A stretch of DNA of 64,000 bases from Candidatus Binatia bacterium (lineage in GTDB: Bacteria; Desulfobacterota; Binatia; Bin18), in the NCBI GenBank assembly GCA_963666315.2, contig CAXXHG010000010.1, positions 96,001 through 160,000 of the forward strand, read 5' to 3'. Positions 1 to 9,209 of this stretch are shown piece by piece (position 1 is the first letter of the stretch; each line of letters begins with the position of its first letter). Made by a program: the position numbers and the translations under genes. Under the pieces are notes generated by a model. That model did no database searches. It had not been told where the DNA came from and worked only from the letters and a program-made list of their open reading frames with translations.

Positions 1-127
1 ATCAAGCAATGAGTGTACTTGGGAAGATCAGTTCTTGAATTACGAGAATAACTCGGCGGTAGGAGCGAGACGAAAACCTTGCAGAACAGAAGCTTCAGCT
101 GTACCGTCCAGAGGAGAGACCCGCACA

Positions 128-827
128 ATGATTTCAGAACGCGGAACATGCAGAGTAAGAACAATTTCATGGCGATATAGGGTGTTGGCGTCCACGCGCA
201 GAACGCAGCGCCTGATGGGCCGCGCACTCCTGGTGATGGGCTTGCTCATGCTGGCCGCCTTGAGTCGGTCGGCGGACGCCGCAAGTGGAGGCCAGACGCA
301 GTTCAAGCGCATTCCGACGCAGTTCATCGCGGCGTTGGGTGATCCCGGAGCGACATCCGGGAGCGGGGCAGAGTCGTGGGGTCTGTGGCGTCTCGATCGT
401 GGTCCGAGGGGAGTGTGGCTGAAAAACTATGAGCAATTAAAGGCCGCAGGCGCGGTCGCCGCCGCCCAGTGGAAATTCGACAGCACGGACTGGTGGTTGG
501 AGGAGCACGGCTTGATTATGGAGTAATCGGACTTCCCCGTCCCGCCTGGCAAGTACGTGATGACAGTGCTCACTGTACATCCCGCGGACAAGGACGGCGA
601 GAGGCACTGGGAGCTGGACGACGGCGCGACGCTGTACGATGTGACCCACCTGCCCTGTCGCTCCCCCCGCTATACACTGGCGACGAGTGCGAGGTCGTGT
701 TCGCCTGCGAAAGCGCAGCAGGCTGCATTTCCCGTTATTCCAAGGGGGGCCGATGCCCCCGGTTGAGGGGTGCAATAAGCAAGACTACGCGCTTCTCTTC
801 GTGATCGCTGTGGCCGTGGACAACTGA
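128..827 (+). pseudogene. Secreted conserved hypothetical protein, disrupted
   Basis: ORFs 35-526 and 557-766 share a frame, separated by TAA at 524-526 (HGLIME*SDFPVPPGKY). A frameshift near 742-749 (G-run) restores PMPPVEGCNKQDYALLFVIAVAVDN* ending at 827. Signal-peptide-like MGRALLVMGLLMLAALSRSADAA; RBS GAGGAG before ATG128. Confidence 0.65.
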
Positions 828-1086
828 TTTCCGATGACACCGGGGAGGGGTTGCGAAGACAATGGCACTTCTGCTCGACAGGGAGCGTTTGCGAGTGTCT
901 GCATCTGACCGATTTCCGACACTTGTCGAGCTTATAGATAAGGGAAACGTCGCAATCTTATTCACCTTATTGGAGGAAACGCCTCCTATACATCTTCTCA
1001 AGATGGGTACAAGACCTAGAACCAATCGGCCGTAATATATACGATGCGACTGACGAGAAGAATTTTCCTCCTTACCCTGAGAGTGA

Positions 1087-1166
1087 ATGAGTCAAACGTT
1101 TCAGAAGATTTTGGAGTTGGTTGCCCGTCGCGACGTGCTCGTCTCGAATCAAGGAGAAAACAATGA
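1087..1166 (+). pseudogene. DUF4258-like toxin remnant (internal deletion)
   Basis: ATG1087 gives MSQTFQKILELVARRDVLVSN, resembling DUF4258 N-termini. It is joined out of frame to a RRKQ-TGA tail whose TGA overlaps the next ATG (ATGA at 1163-1166). Confidence 0.5.
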
Positions 1167-1378
1167 GTGGCCGTCTTCACACCAGACTGATTCACGAAGG
1201 ACAATATGCAGCTGAAGTTGAGGTTTCCTTGATCGAGACGGACGAGGGCTGGTCCCCGTATCTATCGCTTGAGGAGACGCAGAAATTAGATACAGTGTGA
1301 CTAGCCCTACGTCGAGGGGACCTCAAACAAGCAAGCAAAATGGCGCGAGTGTTTCAGCTTACCCCGGTACATGCCTAA
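1163..1378 (+). pseudogene. Small putative antitoxin partner of DUF4258 proteins, with in-frame stop
   Basis: MSGRLHTRLIHEGQYAAEVEVSLIETDEGWSPYLSLEETQKLDTV*LALRRGDLKQASKMARVFQLTPVHA; TGA at 1298-1300; RBS AAGGAG upstream. Confidence 0.6.
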
Positions 1379-1422
1379 GCGTGTACAGCTCTAATGATTC
1401 GAACTGAGACAAGGAATCAGAC

Positions 1423-2265
1423 ATGACCTCGACCCATAAACCAGTTGCCGTTGTGATAGGGGCGACATCCAAGTGGCAGTCAGATGGCCGCAATACCAAA
1501 CTGGCGCACGGTAAGGTGCTCGACGACAGAAACATACCCGTCGGCGCGCGTTGGGGCATCGGCGGTGCCGTAGCCCAAAAGTTTGCACAGGAGGGCTTCT
1601 TCGTCGTGCTGACGACCCGGAATGCCGCCAATGCATCTACGTTGGAGGAAGCTATTCAAGAGCAAGGCGGCGAAAGTATGATTGTCGAGCTGGACCTGGT
1701 GTCGAGCGAATCCATATCACACGCGTTCGCCCAGATTCGAGAGCAAGCCGGGGACGCGAATGTCTTAGTCTACAACGCGGGCTATCTGGAGGGGCGTGAC
1801 CTGCCGCCAGAGAAAGAATTGCTTGAACACATTCCAGTCGAACTGTTCGACACCGCGCACCATATCTCCAGCCGTGGGCCGTTCTTGGTCGCCAAGGAAG
1901 TGTTGCCCGCCATGCGAGCGCGCGGCGCCGGCTCTTTCCTCATTTCTAATAACGCGATGTCCTTGCGCGGGCGCAAGCGACTGACGGGACAGTCGTTGTA
2001 CTATCCGCGAGTGATGATGCGCACCCTGGCACAGGTGCTGACGGAGGAATATTCCGAGCATGGCGTGCACGTCGCCAACATCGTGATAGACGGCCTCATC
2101 GACTCTCCAGGCACCCGCGCCCTGCCGATAGCCCAGCAGCGGCCTGAAGTAGTGATGAATCCCGTGAAGATCGCTGAGGCGTACTATTATCTCCACACCC
2201 AAGACAAATCCTGTTGGACGCACGAACTCCAATTGACTCCATTTCCGACCAAGCCGAGCTTTTAA
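1423..2265 (+). CDS. SDR family NAD(P)-dependent oxidoreductase (atypical)
   Basis: VAVVIGA...WGIGGAVA Rossmann motif, LVYNAG, GVHVANIVIDGLID, C-terminal WTHELQLTP; RBS AAGGA. Confidence 0.85.
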   Translation: MTSTHKPVAVVIGATSKWQSDGRNTKLAHGKVLDDRNIPVGARWGIGGAVAQKFAQEGFFVVLTTRNAANASTLEEAIQEQGGESMIVELDLVSSESISHAFAQIREQAGDANVLVYNAGYLEGRDLPPEKELLEHIPVELFDTAHHISSRGPFLVAKEVLPAMRARGAGSFLISNNAMSLRGRKRLTGQSLYYPRVMMRTLAQVLTEEYSEHGVHVANIVIDGLIDSPGTRALPIAQQRPEVVMNPVKIAEAYYYLHTQDKSCWTHELQLTPFPTKPSF

Positions 2266-2438
2266 GGGCGAGGGGACGACAAAAGGGACGTTGCGGCTTT
2301 AGAGGCTTATCCGTAACTGTCGCACAGGTGCCGAATCTGTGGGCTGGTCAACGGCATTCCCCGAGAGGCATTGCTGCAGAGTCAGCTAACCGTGTAGTAA
2401 GAACAAAATCAGCAGTCCAACCAAGAGGAGAGCCCACT

Positions 2439-2876
2439 ATGGATGATATGGCCGCACTGCAAAACCGCATCACCCGGCTCGAAGACATTGAAGCGATAAA
2501 ACAGCTCAAAGCCCGCTACTGCGAAATCTGTGACGATATGCATAACCCCGACAGAGTCGCTTCGGTATTCGCTGAAGATGCCATCTGGGAAAGTGACGAT
2601 TTCGGCAAAGCCGAGGGCCATGAGGCGATTCGCCAATTATTTCGCAACTTCCAAAGAATGTTCAGCTTTTCTCAGCACAACATCATGAACCCCATAATCG
2701 AAGTCAATGGAGATCGCGCCACCGGCAGTTGGTACATCATGGGTCCGTGGACATATACCGAAAACGACGAGGAGAAGTGGTTGGCTCTGCAATATGACGA
2801 CGATTACGTGAAGGTAAACGGTGAGTGGAAGTACCAACATTTGCGGGTCGCCCTGCGGATGACTGCCGATCGATAA
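2439..2876 (+). CDS. NTF2-like / SnoaL-like domain protein
   Basis: RLEDIEAIKQLKARYC..CD, FAEDAIW, SQHNIMNPIIEVNGDRATGSWY, YDDDYVKVNGEWK. Start reassigned to ATG2439 after GAGGAG. Confidence 0.85.
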   Translation: MDDMAALQNRITRLEDIEAIKQLKARYCEICDDMHNPDRVASVFAEDAIWESDDFGKAEGHEAIRQLFRNFQRMFSFSQHNIMNPIIEVNGDRATGSWYIMGPWTYTENDEEKWLALQYDDDYVKVNGEWKYQHLRVALRMTADR

Positions 2877-3054
2877 GGGCACTACATCAATACGCGTCGA
2901 AAATATACTGGTGTGTGAGGTTCTACAATCAGCAGGTGGAACCTGCGCCCCTCTTCCAGCAGGCATCCTGGGACACTTGAACCCACACGGAGATCTACTG
3001 CGCTTTCCCTCAGTTGCTCGCCACGTTCTTTCGCATCTGGTCATTCATGTACGA

Positions 3055-3372
3055 TTATTCTGATTCGAACCTGAGCCAAGCGCCGGGTTGGGGCATACGC
3101 CATTGGGTATCTTGAGGCAACCTGTTGAAAAATACAGTGGGGTCCGTCCCTCCGGGAACGACTTTCAAATCTCTCGAGTCTCCGGTCCTCGGTCTGAAAA
3201 AACTCTCCCAATGCGCTAAAACAACGAAGCGCGGTCGCATCTTCTGGATAAGCTCCTCGGGATAGTTCTCCACCTCGTTGAACCCTGGCACACAAAGTAT
3301 CGTCACATCGACGCGCTTTTTATCTCCAGGATCAACAAACGGGGGAGGGAAACCCCGTGGTGGGTTGCTTGC
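3055..3372 (-). pseudogene. C-terminal remnant of an MBL-fold metallo-hydrolase-like protein
   Basis: NPPRGFPPPF...VDVTILCVPGF...YPEELIQKMRPRFVVLAHWESFF; no N-terminus, fused out of frame to the upstream gene. Boundary approximate. Confidence 0.5.
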
Positions 3373-3782
3373 TGCGCCTGGGGCGCGTCTTGGGATTTTA
3401 CCAACAGATCGAGATCGCCCACCGGACGCAAGGCTGGATCGGGATAGAGGATGTGACGCAGCGCCCCGCCTTTGAGAAGAAACAGGTCTATCTTTGACTC
3501 CTGGTATGCAAGCAGAACGTCGCGGAGCACGGCCGTCCAGACCTGGCTCCTCCGTCGGTGGCGCAGGTACTGGAGCTTGAGCGTAATGCGGGCTGATTCA
3601 GGAAGCTCGGGAAGTCCAGTGCGACATAGATGGTGGTATAGGAGAGACGAGAGTCCATGCGCTTCGGCCGCTTCAAGCAAGCGGCTCCAGTCGCAACAAT
3701 GGGTTACGGCCTTCTCGAACTGGGTGGGTATGCTGTCCTCCCAAGACAGACGAGCGCACAGTGTTAAGAGGGAGTCTATCAC
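3373..3782 (-). pseudogene. Nucleotidyltransferase family protein (NTP_transf_5-like), 3'-truncated
   Basis: DWSRLLEAAEAHGLSSLLY and LLKGGALRHILYPDPALRPVGDLDLLV motifs; similarity stops after ~135 aa. Confidence 0.7.
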
Positions 3783-3839
3783 CGACGTTCAGCGCTAACG
3801 CGAAATCCGGCGACTTTCAAGACAGGGCCGCTCTTGTTG

Positions 3840-5281
3840 TCAGAGCGTGAAATGCTCGCGATAGACCGGATCTTCCTGGGGAAGTAGGGGCGGCTGTGAC
3901 GCAACAACTGGGGCGCTCAGATAACGCTGATCAATTCTCTGCAAGTATTGATCAATGGCGGCATGCGTGCTGATCCACGGGTTCATCTCCTCGGTGTCGT
4001 GCGGCACGTCGTCCAGTATGCGCTGATATACCGAATGATTGTAGGCGACCGCATGAGCACATGTCAGGGCGACGCATGGACTTTCGAGAAAGGAACAACC
4101 CGGCGCTTGGGGGAATTGCTGGCCCCATTTGTGTCCACCAAGATGAAACACATTCCACGCTTGCGTTTTCAGCTCACAGAAACTCTTTTCCAAGTGGGTC
4201 AGGGTATCTTCGAGGAAGACCGCGTCGTCTTCAAAGATAAACACGTTGCGGAGCTGTTGCTTGTGCGCCTGTTCGACGATGTGACGATGTGAGAGCGTGC
4301 AACCGATATGCTGTGATTCCGGAGTTTCGATTGCGGGAAAACGACGTACCCGATGTAAAATGCCGAGCTTTTTAAACCGTTCTTGCATGGCTTTCCAGCG
4401 ATCTTGTGCAGCGTCTAAATTAATGCAATAGTTCGCATCAAAATAGAAAAACGGGTTGGCCAGTTCTGCGTCCACTTGGCTCTGGGCACGCGTAAACACT
4501 TCTGTACCCAAGTGCTCCTTAAAATGAGTCTCCAGCGAGGTCGTATCCAGGCCAAGCTCTGTCCAGCCGATCCAATAATTCCGAATCCGCTCTTCCCATA
4601 TATTCGGATAACGCGTGCCAAACGGCCGCGCAAAGCGATGCAGCCAGCGTAAGAAAGGCAGACATAAGGTGCGCCGACCCGCCTGTCTAAATTTCTCGTG
4701 AATATACCCTTCCTCCCCCCCCCACCGGGAAAACGGGGGTTAAACCCAAGCCAGGCGTCTTTACGACAAGCAAACAGACCCAGCCCTTGCATCGGGATCT
4801 CGAATGGCTCATGGTCCGGGTCTTTCCCTCGTTCGTCAGTTTTCCATACCCCATACATGCCACTTGACCACACGGGCTCAAAATGGGTTGAGACGCTCTT
4901 GAGGTCGTCGTAGACCAGTGCTCCTTGCAGCAAGTCGTGGCAGTCGGGATGCGTATCAAAATAGTCAATTAACTGTTTGAACGCGCCAGGCACGGGCAAG
5001 ACGTGCGAGTCCATACACATGACGTATGGGGCCTGTGCTTCACGAAACACCCTATCCCGTGAGGCCTTTCCCCGGGCGTCGCGATTCAGCAGATAACGAT
5101 CGCCGGGGATCCAGTCTGCCAGCTTCCGTAACGAATCGCCACAGGGACCGTCCGGATTATTATCAACGACAAGAATCTCGGTTTCCTCAGTAACCTCGGG
5201 ATGGTAGAGGCGAACCGCTTGCACAGTGAAATACACCCCGTCGTAGTCATCATACGTCGCCATACCAATCGTCAGTTTCAT
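3840..5281 (-). pseudogene. GT2-like plus GT25-like glycosyltransferase fusion, frameshifted at a G9 tract
   Basis: N-half MKLTIGMATYDDYDGVYFT...ILVVDNNP...CMDSH. After the shift at 4715-4723 it reads GEEGYIHEKF... into YCINLDAAQDRW...IGCTLSH...FIFEDDA (GT25 motifs). Confidence 0.75.
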
Positions 5282-6070
5282 TGATCTCGTCCCACTGTCC
5301 CGAACCGTCTTATTCCCCTGCTCTGGACCTGATCGGTCTTCTGAACCGTCTTCTGGGGTGCTATGAAATAGAACCTCTACAAGCGGGCGCATACGTTGTG
5401 CGGCTTATACCGCATTGGCAGACCATTGTTACCAAACAACGGTGCGGCTTACGCATAGGTGTCCCAATCAACATACAGGCTCCATAAAGGTAGGTCGGAC
5501 TGCCGAGCGGTTATCTGAGCCGGTTCTGACTGTCCCCAGAAGGCGTAATCACACTCGTCCAGATTCGGGGATGGTTTTCATTCGAGAAGCAGACCTTGGG
5601 GGTTCGCGTACGATCAACTTGGGCATGATCAAAGCCTGCAGATGGAAAGGTGGAATAAAAAACAAAGTCCGCCTCGTCTTGTTGCGCGTCCACCAGCAAG
5701 ACGTCGAATTTGTCCAATAACATCCAGGCAAAGAAATTATCTTGCCGGTTGAAACTAGGCCAAAAATTGCAAAGCCCGACCCGTACGAATGGCCTGACCG
5801 GCCGCAGACCATCGGTAGTCTCAACCAAGCCACGTGCTTGGAGGTCTGCCAGTATCTCCGGCACGTCGTCCTCGATGCGGGCAGCCGAATCGGGGTAGAG
5901 CTGTTTGACTCGCTCTTGGATTGTCCTGACGGCAAGTTGACCGTCACACAAGAACTAAATCGAAGCAGCCGAGCGATTCCGCTCAAGCTTGAGCTGGTCC
6001 CGTTTTGACCACACTGATAAGTGGTCCTCAGCCCATGTCATCAACAGACCGGGCCGACGCATGAGAGTGA
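5278..6070 (-). pseudogene. PqqD/RRE domain fused to a GT10 (fucosyltransferase-like) N-terminal region, disrupted
   Basis: RNRSAASI*FLCDG...IEDDVPEILADLQARGLV (PqqD; TAG at 5955-5957 where W is expected), then NFWPSFNRQDNFF...FYSTF...KVCFSNEN/NLDECDYAF...LPLWSLY. Frameshift ~5568; stops at 5449-5451 and 5377-5379; the frame ends in a TGA overlapping the GT ATG. 5' boundary approximate. Confidence 0.6.
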
Positions 6071-7819
6071 CGACAATCTCGGGGTCGTTCTGCCCGGCCT
6101 CCCGCCGAGCGGGCCTCTGCCCACGACGCCGTGCGGTCCGGGTTCGACCCTCACGTTTGGCGGAACCACACTCTCGTTGTAGGACGGAGAAGTCCCGGCG
6201 AACGCCATGTGCACGTACAGGGTCACCTTGCTGGTGCCAGGGGGCTCGCTGGACGGGATCTATCCCAATGCCACGACCTTCAACTCCGCCCTCATCGGCA
6301 CCACCCCAGCCTTCCTGCCTCCGGCGACGGACCAGCTGACCGTCACTTCCGATCTGCTGGCGCTCAGCAAGGAGTTTGCCGACGATCCTGTCATCGCCGG
6401 CGGCACGGTGACTCTGGAGTTCACCCTCACGAATCTCGATGCCGTCAATGCGGCCACAGATATCGACTTCACTGACGAACTCGGCGACGCCCTCGCGGGT
6501 CTGACCTTCAACAGCCTGCTGTTCAACAACTGTGGCGCGGCCGTCAGCGGCACCGGTACCACGACAATCACCCTCGACGACGCCTCCCTCGGCGCCGGGG
6601 GGACATGCACCATCAGGGTCTCGCTCTTGGTTCCCGGCGCCGCCGCCAGCGACGACCTGGAAGTCGTCCAGCTGCTGCTCTTCAGCAAATCCTTCGACGG
6701 GGCGACCACCCCCACTGGCACCCCGAAGCTGACCTTCGCCATCACCAACCCAGACCCGGACACCGCCACCGGCATCACTTTTTCGGACAATGTCGACGAC
6801 GTGATCACGAACCTGATCGAGACCAACCTACCGCTCTTCGACATCTGCGGCCTGGGATCTTCGCTCACCAGTACGTCGAGCTCGCTTCTCGCCCTGCTGG
6901 TGCCGGGGCAAAGCTTAACTTACACGGTCACCGTCTCCAATGCCGGGCCCTCGGACGCTCAGAATCTGGTGTCCGCCGACACCTTGCCTGCCGGCCTGAC
7001 CTTTGTGTCCTCGGCCTCCAGTTGCACGGAAGCGGGCGGCACGGTGACCTGCCCCTTCGGTGTCTTGCCTGTCGGCAACAGCGTCGCCGGTGGTCCTGGT
7101 GGATCCCGGGCAGCCGGGTAGTATCACCAACACCGCCACGGTAGCAGGCAACGAAACCGACCCAGATGTTGATAACGGCAGCTCCAGCCATACGACCCCA
7201 CTGCTGCCAAACGCAATCACCGTGATCAAAGAAGCCAGCCCCGAAGGCCCAGCCAACTTCTTTTTCACCACCAGTGGGACCGGTCTGTCGGACTTCTCCC
7301 TGATTGATGATGGCAGCGGCACCAATCTACAAACGTTTAGTGACCTATCGCCGGGGACGTTTGCGATCAGAGAGACGGTCCCATCCGGGTGGGTGCTAGA
7401 AACCCTAGCGTGTACGAGCAGCGGCACCGGGACGAGTGCGGCGGTCGATATGGTGCATGCCCCAGCCACGATCACACTGGCCACCGGTGGGACGGTGACG
7501 TGTGTGTTCACCCGTCATGGTGATACCGACACTGCCGCAATGGGGCCTGCTGCTCTTAACCTTGTCCTTACTGACCCTGGCTACCTGGCCGTTAGTCGGA
7601 CAGCCAACGCGGCTCGGGCAAACGAGCACGGGCGCAGCAATCCTGCTCTCAACCTCGTCGTACTGGCCGAGTTCGCTCTTGCTGGGCCAAGGGCTGGCCG
7701 CCGCCGGCCTGCTCCTGTATGCGCTCCTTAGTCCGCTCGTCCCGCATGACGGGGTAGGCGTACTGCCGGCGGGGCTGCTCATTGGGGTGATGATTGAGTT
7801 GTACTGTCGCAGCGAATGA
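6070..7819 (+). pseudogene. Large surface protein with DUF11-type repeats and an IPTL-CTERM sorting signal; 5'-truncated, several frameshifts
   Basis: LSKEFADDPV..GGTVTLEFTLTN, LTYTVTVSNAGPSDAQN...DTLPAGLT, ITNTATVAGNETDPD, IPTLPQWGLLLL. Pieces in three ORFs (6207-7121, 7060-7731, 7502-7819); TAG at 6180-6182. Confidence 0.7.
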
Positions 7820-8144
7820 GGGGCGCAAGCTGGGGCCGGGAAAGGGGCCGGTGTTGGACGGTGTTGAATCGGTGAAAGAGCGTGCCGATTTCGCGCTCCG
7901 CCGACCCGTCGTGCAGTGTCCACCCTCACAACTAATACGGCACACGAACGCCCGGATGATCTCTTAGGAAGTCACGAGTATTTCGTTACTTCCAAATACT
8001 TCCATACTATTCTTCCCTGAATAAATTCACCGAGAGCTGACCTTGACATTCGGCATAAGAGCCGGCAAAAGGGCACTGCCGACATGACTGGGGTATGCTC
8101 AGTCCGCCCGAGACATGCCGAGCACCATGTAAACGACAACGGCT

Positions 8145-9194
8145 GTGGTCCAGATTTATTTTTCAACACCGCCTGAGCGCATTCTGATCGTCCTGTTTGG
8201 GGCGATTGGAGATGTGACCCGCGCGCTGCCATTACTCACGCGCCTGCGGCGCGGATATCCACACGCCTCTATTGCCTGGGCGGTTGAACCAGCGGCAGCC
8301 ACGCTGCTCGCCTCCCACCCGGCTCTCGACCAGGTGCTGCTGTATGAGCGTGCGCAAGGCGTGCAGCAGTTCTGGCCCTTTTTGCAAAGCATTCGCCGGA
8401 AAAAATTCGACCTTGTGCTGGACCTCCAGCGGCACGCCAAGAGCGGCCTCGTCAGCGTGTGGTCGCGGGCTCCGATCCGACTCGGATTTCACCGACACAA
8501 CACCAAAGAAGGCAACTGGCTCTTCAACACGCATGCGATTACACCGGTACCCGATTTTTCGCTTAAGCTCCAGCAATACCTCAAATTTTCTGACGCCCTC
8601 GGCTTGCCCGATGATGGGGTGCATTTCGATTTGCGCCTCCGCGCGGAAGAAGAACCGCAGGTAGAGACCCTCCTGGCTGATACGCCCCGGTCTTTTGCCG
8701 CATTTTTTCTGGGCTCACGCTGGCCGAGCCGGTTTTGGTTTCCTGACGCAACCGCCCAGGTGGCACAAAACCTCCAGCGAGAGTATGGTATGGGCACGGT
8801 ATTGATAGGAGGGCCGGGTGAGGTAGAATTTGCCGCAGACGTCACCGCGGTACTTGAAACAACTGAAACAACCGCCACAAATCTGAGCGGTAGAACGAGC
8901 TTACGCGATCTGATTGGTATTTTTTCACGGGCCCGAATTGCGATCGGGCCGGATTCGGGTCCGATGCATATTGCAGCGGCGGTTGGCACGCCGGTGATCT
9001 CGTTTTGGGGGGCAACCAGCCCGCTGCGCTCTGCCCCGTGGGGGTCAGAGGACTTTGTGCACTGCGGGCCGGCCGCCTGTAGCCCGTGTTATGTCGGACA
9101 ATGCAGAATCAATCGGGCCTGCATGCAACGTATTACACCAACCCAAGTGCTTGCGACTGCGCAGCAGATATTGAATCACAAAGAAACCGTGTAG
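8145..9194 (+). CDS. GT9 ADP-heptose:LPS heptosyltransferase
   Basis: ILIVLFGAIGDV, FDLVLDLQ, GRTSLRDL, GPDSGPMHIAAAVGTP, CSPC. Confidence 0.9.
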   Translation: MVQIYFSTPPERILIVLFGAIGDVTRALPLLTRLRRGYPHASIAWAVEPAAATLLASHPALDQVLLYERAQGVQQFWPFLQSIRRKKFDLVLDLQRHAKSGLVSVWSRAPIRLGFHRHNTKEGNWLFNTHAITPVPDFSLKLQQYLKFSDALGLPDDGVHFDLRLRAEEEPQVETLLADTPRSFAAFFLGSRWPSRFWFPDATAQVAQNLQREYGMGTVLIGGPGEVEFAADVTAVLETTETTATNLSGRTSLRDLIGIFSRARIAIGPDSGPMHIAAAVGTPVISFWGATSPLRSAPWGSEDFVHCGPAACSPCYVGQCRINRACMQRITPTQVLATAQQILNHKETV

Positions 9195-9209
9195 CTTCAG
9201 CGTACCGCC

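Noticed and set aside
1298-1300. In-frame TGA as selenocysteine or recoding
   Set aside because: No redox-motif context, and it is simply explained by CGA->TGA. Nearby pseudogenes also carry TAA and TAG stops, and TGA ends many core genes here.
2439-2876. LinA (HCH dehydrochlorinase) assignment
   Set aside because: Fold-level resemblance only; a specific function cannot be supported by eye.
2877-6070. Complete lasso-peptide or PQQ cluster
   Set aside because: No precursor, lasso cyclase, B2 protease or pqqB/C/E genes are visible.
1-8144. IS element, prophage or integrase bounding the accessory patch
   Set aside because: No transposase or integrase motifs, terminal inverted repeats or att-like duplications recognised.
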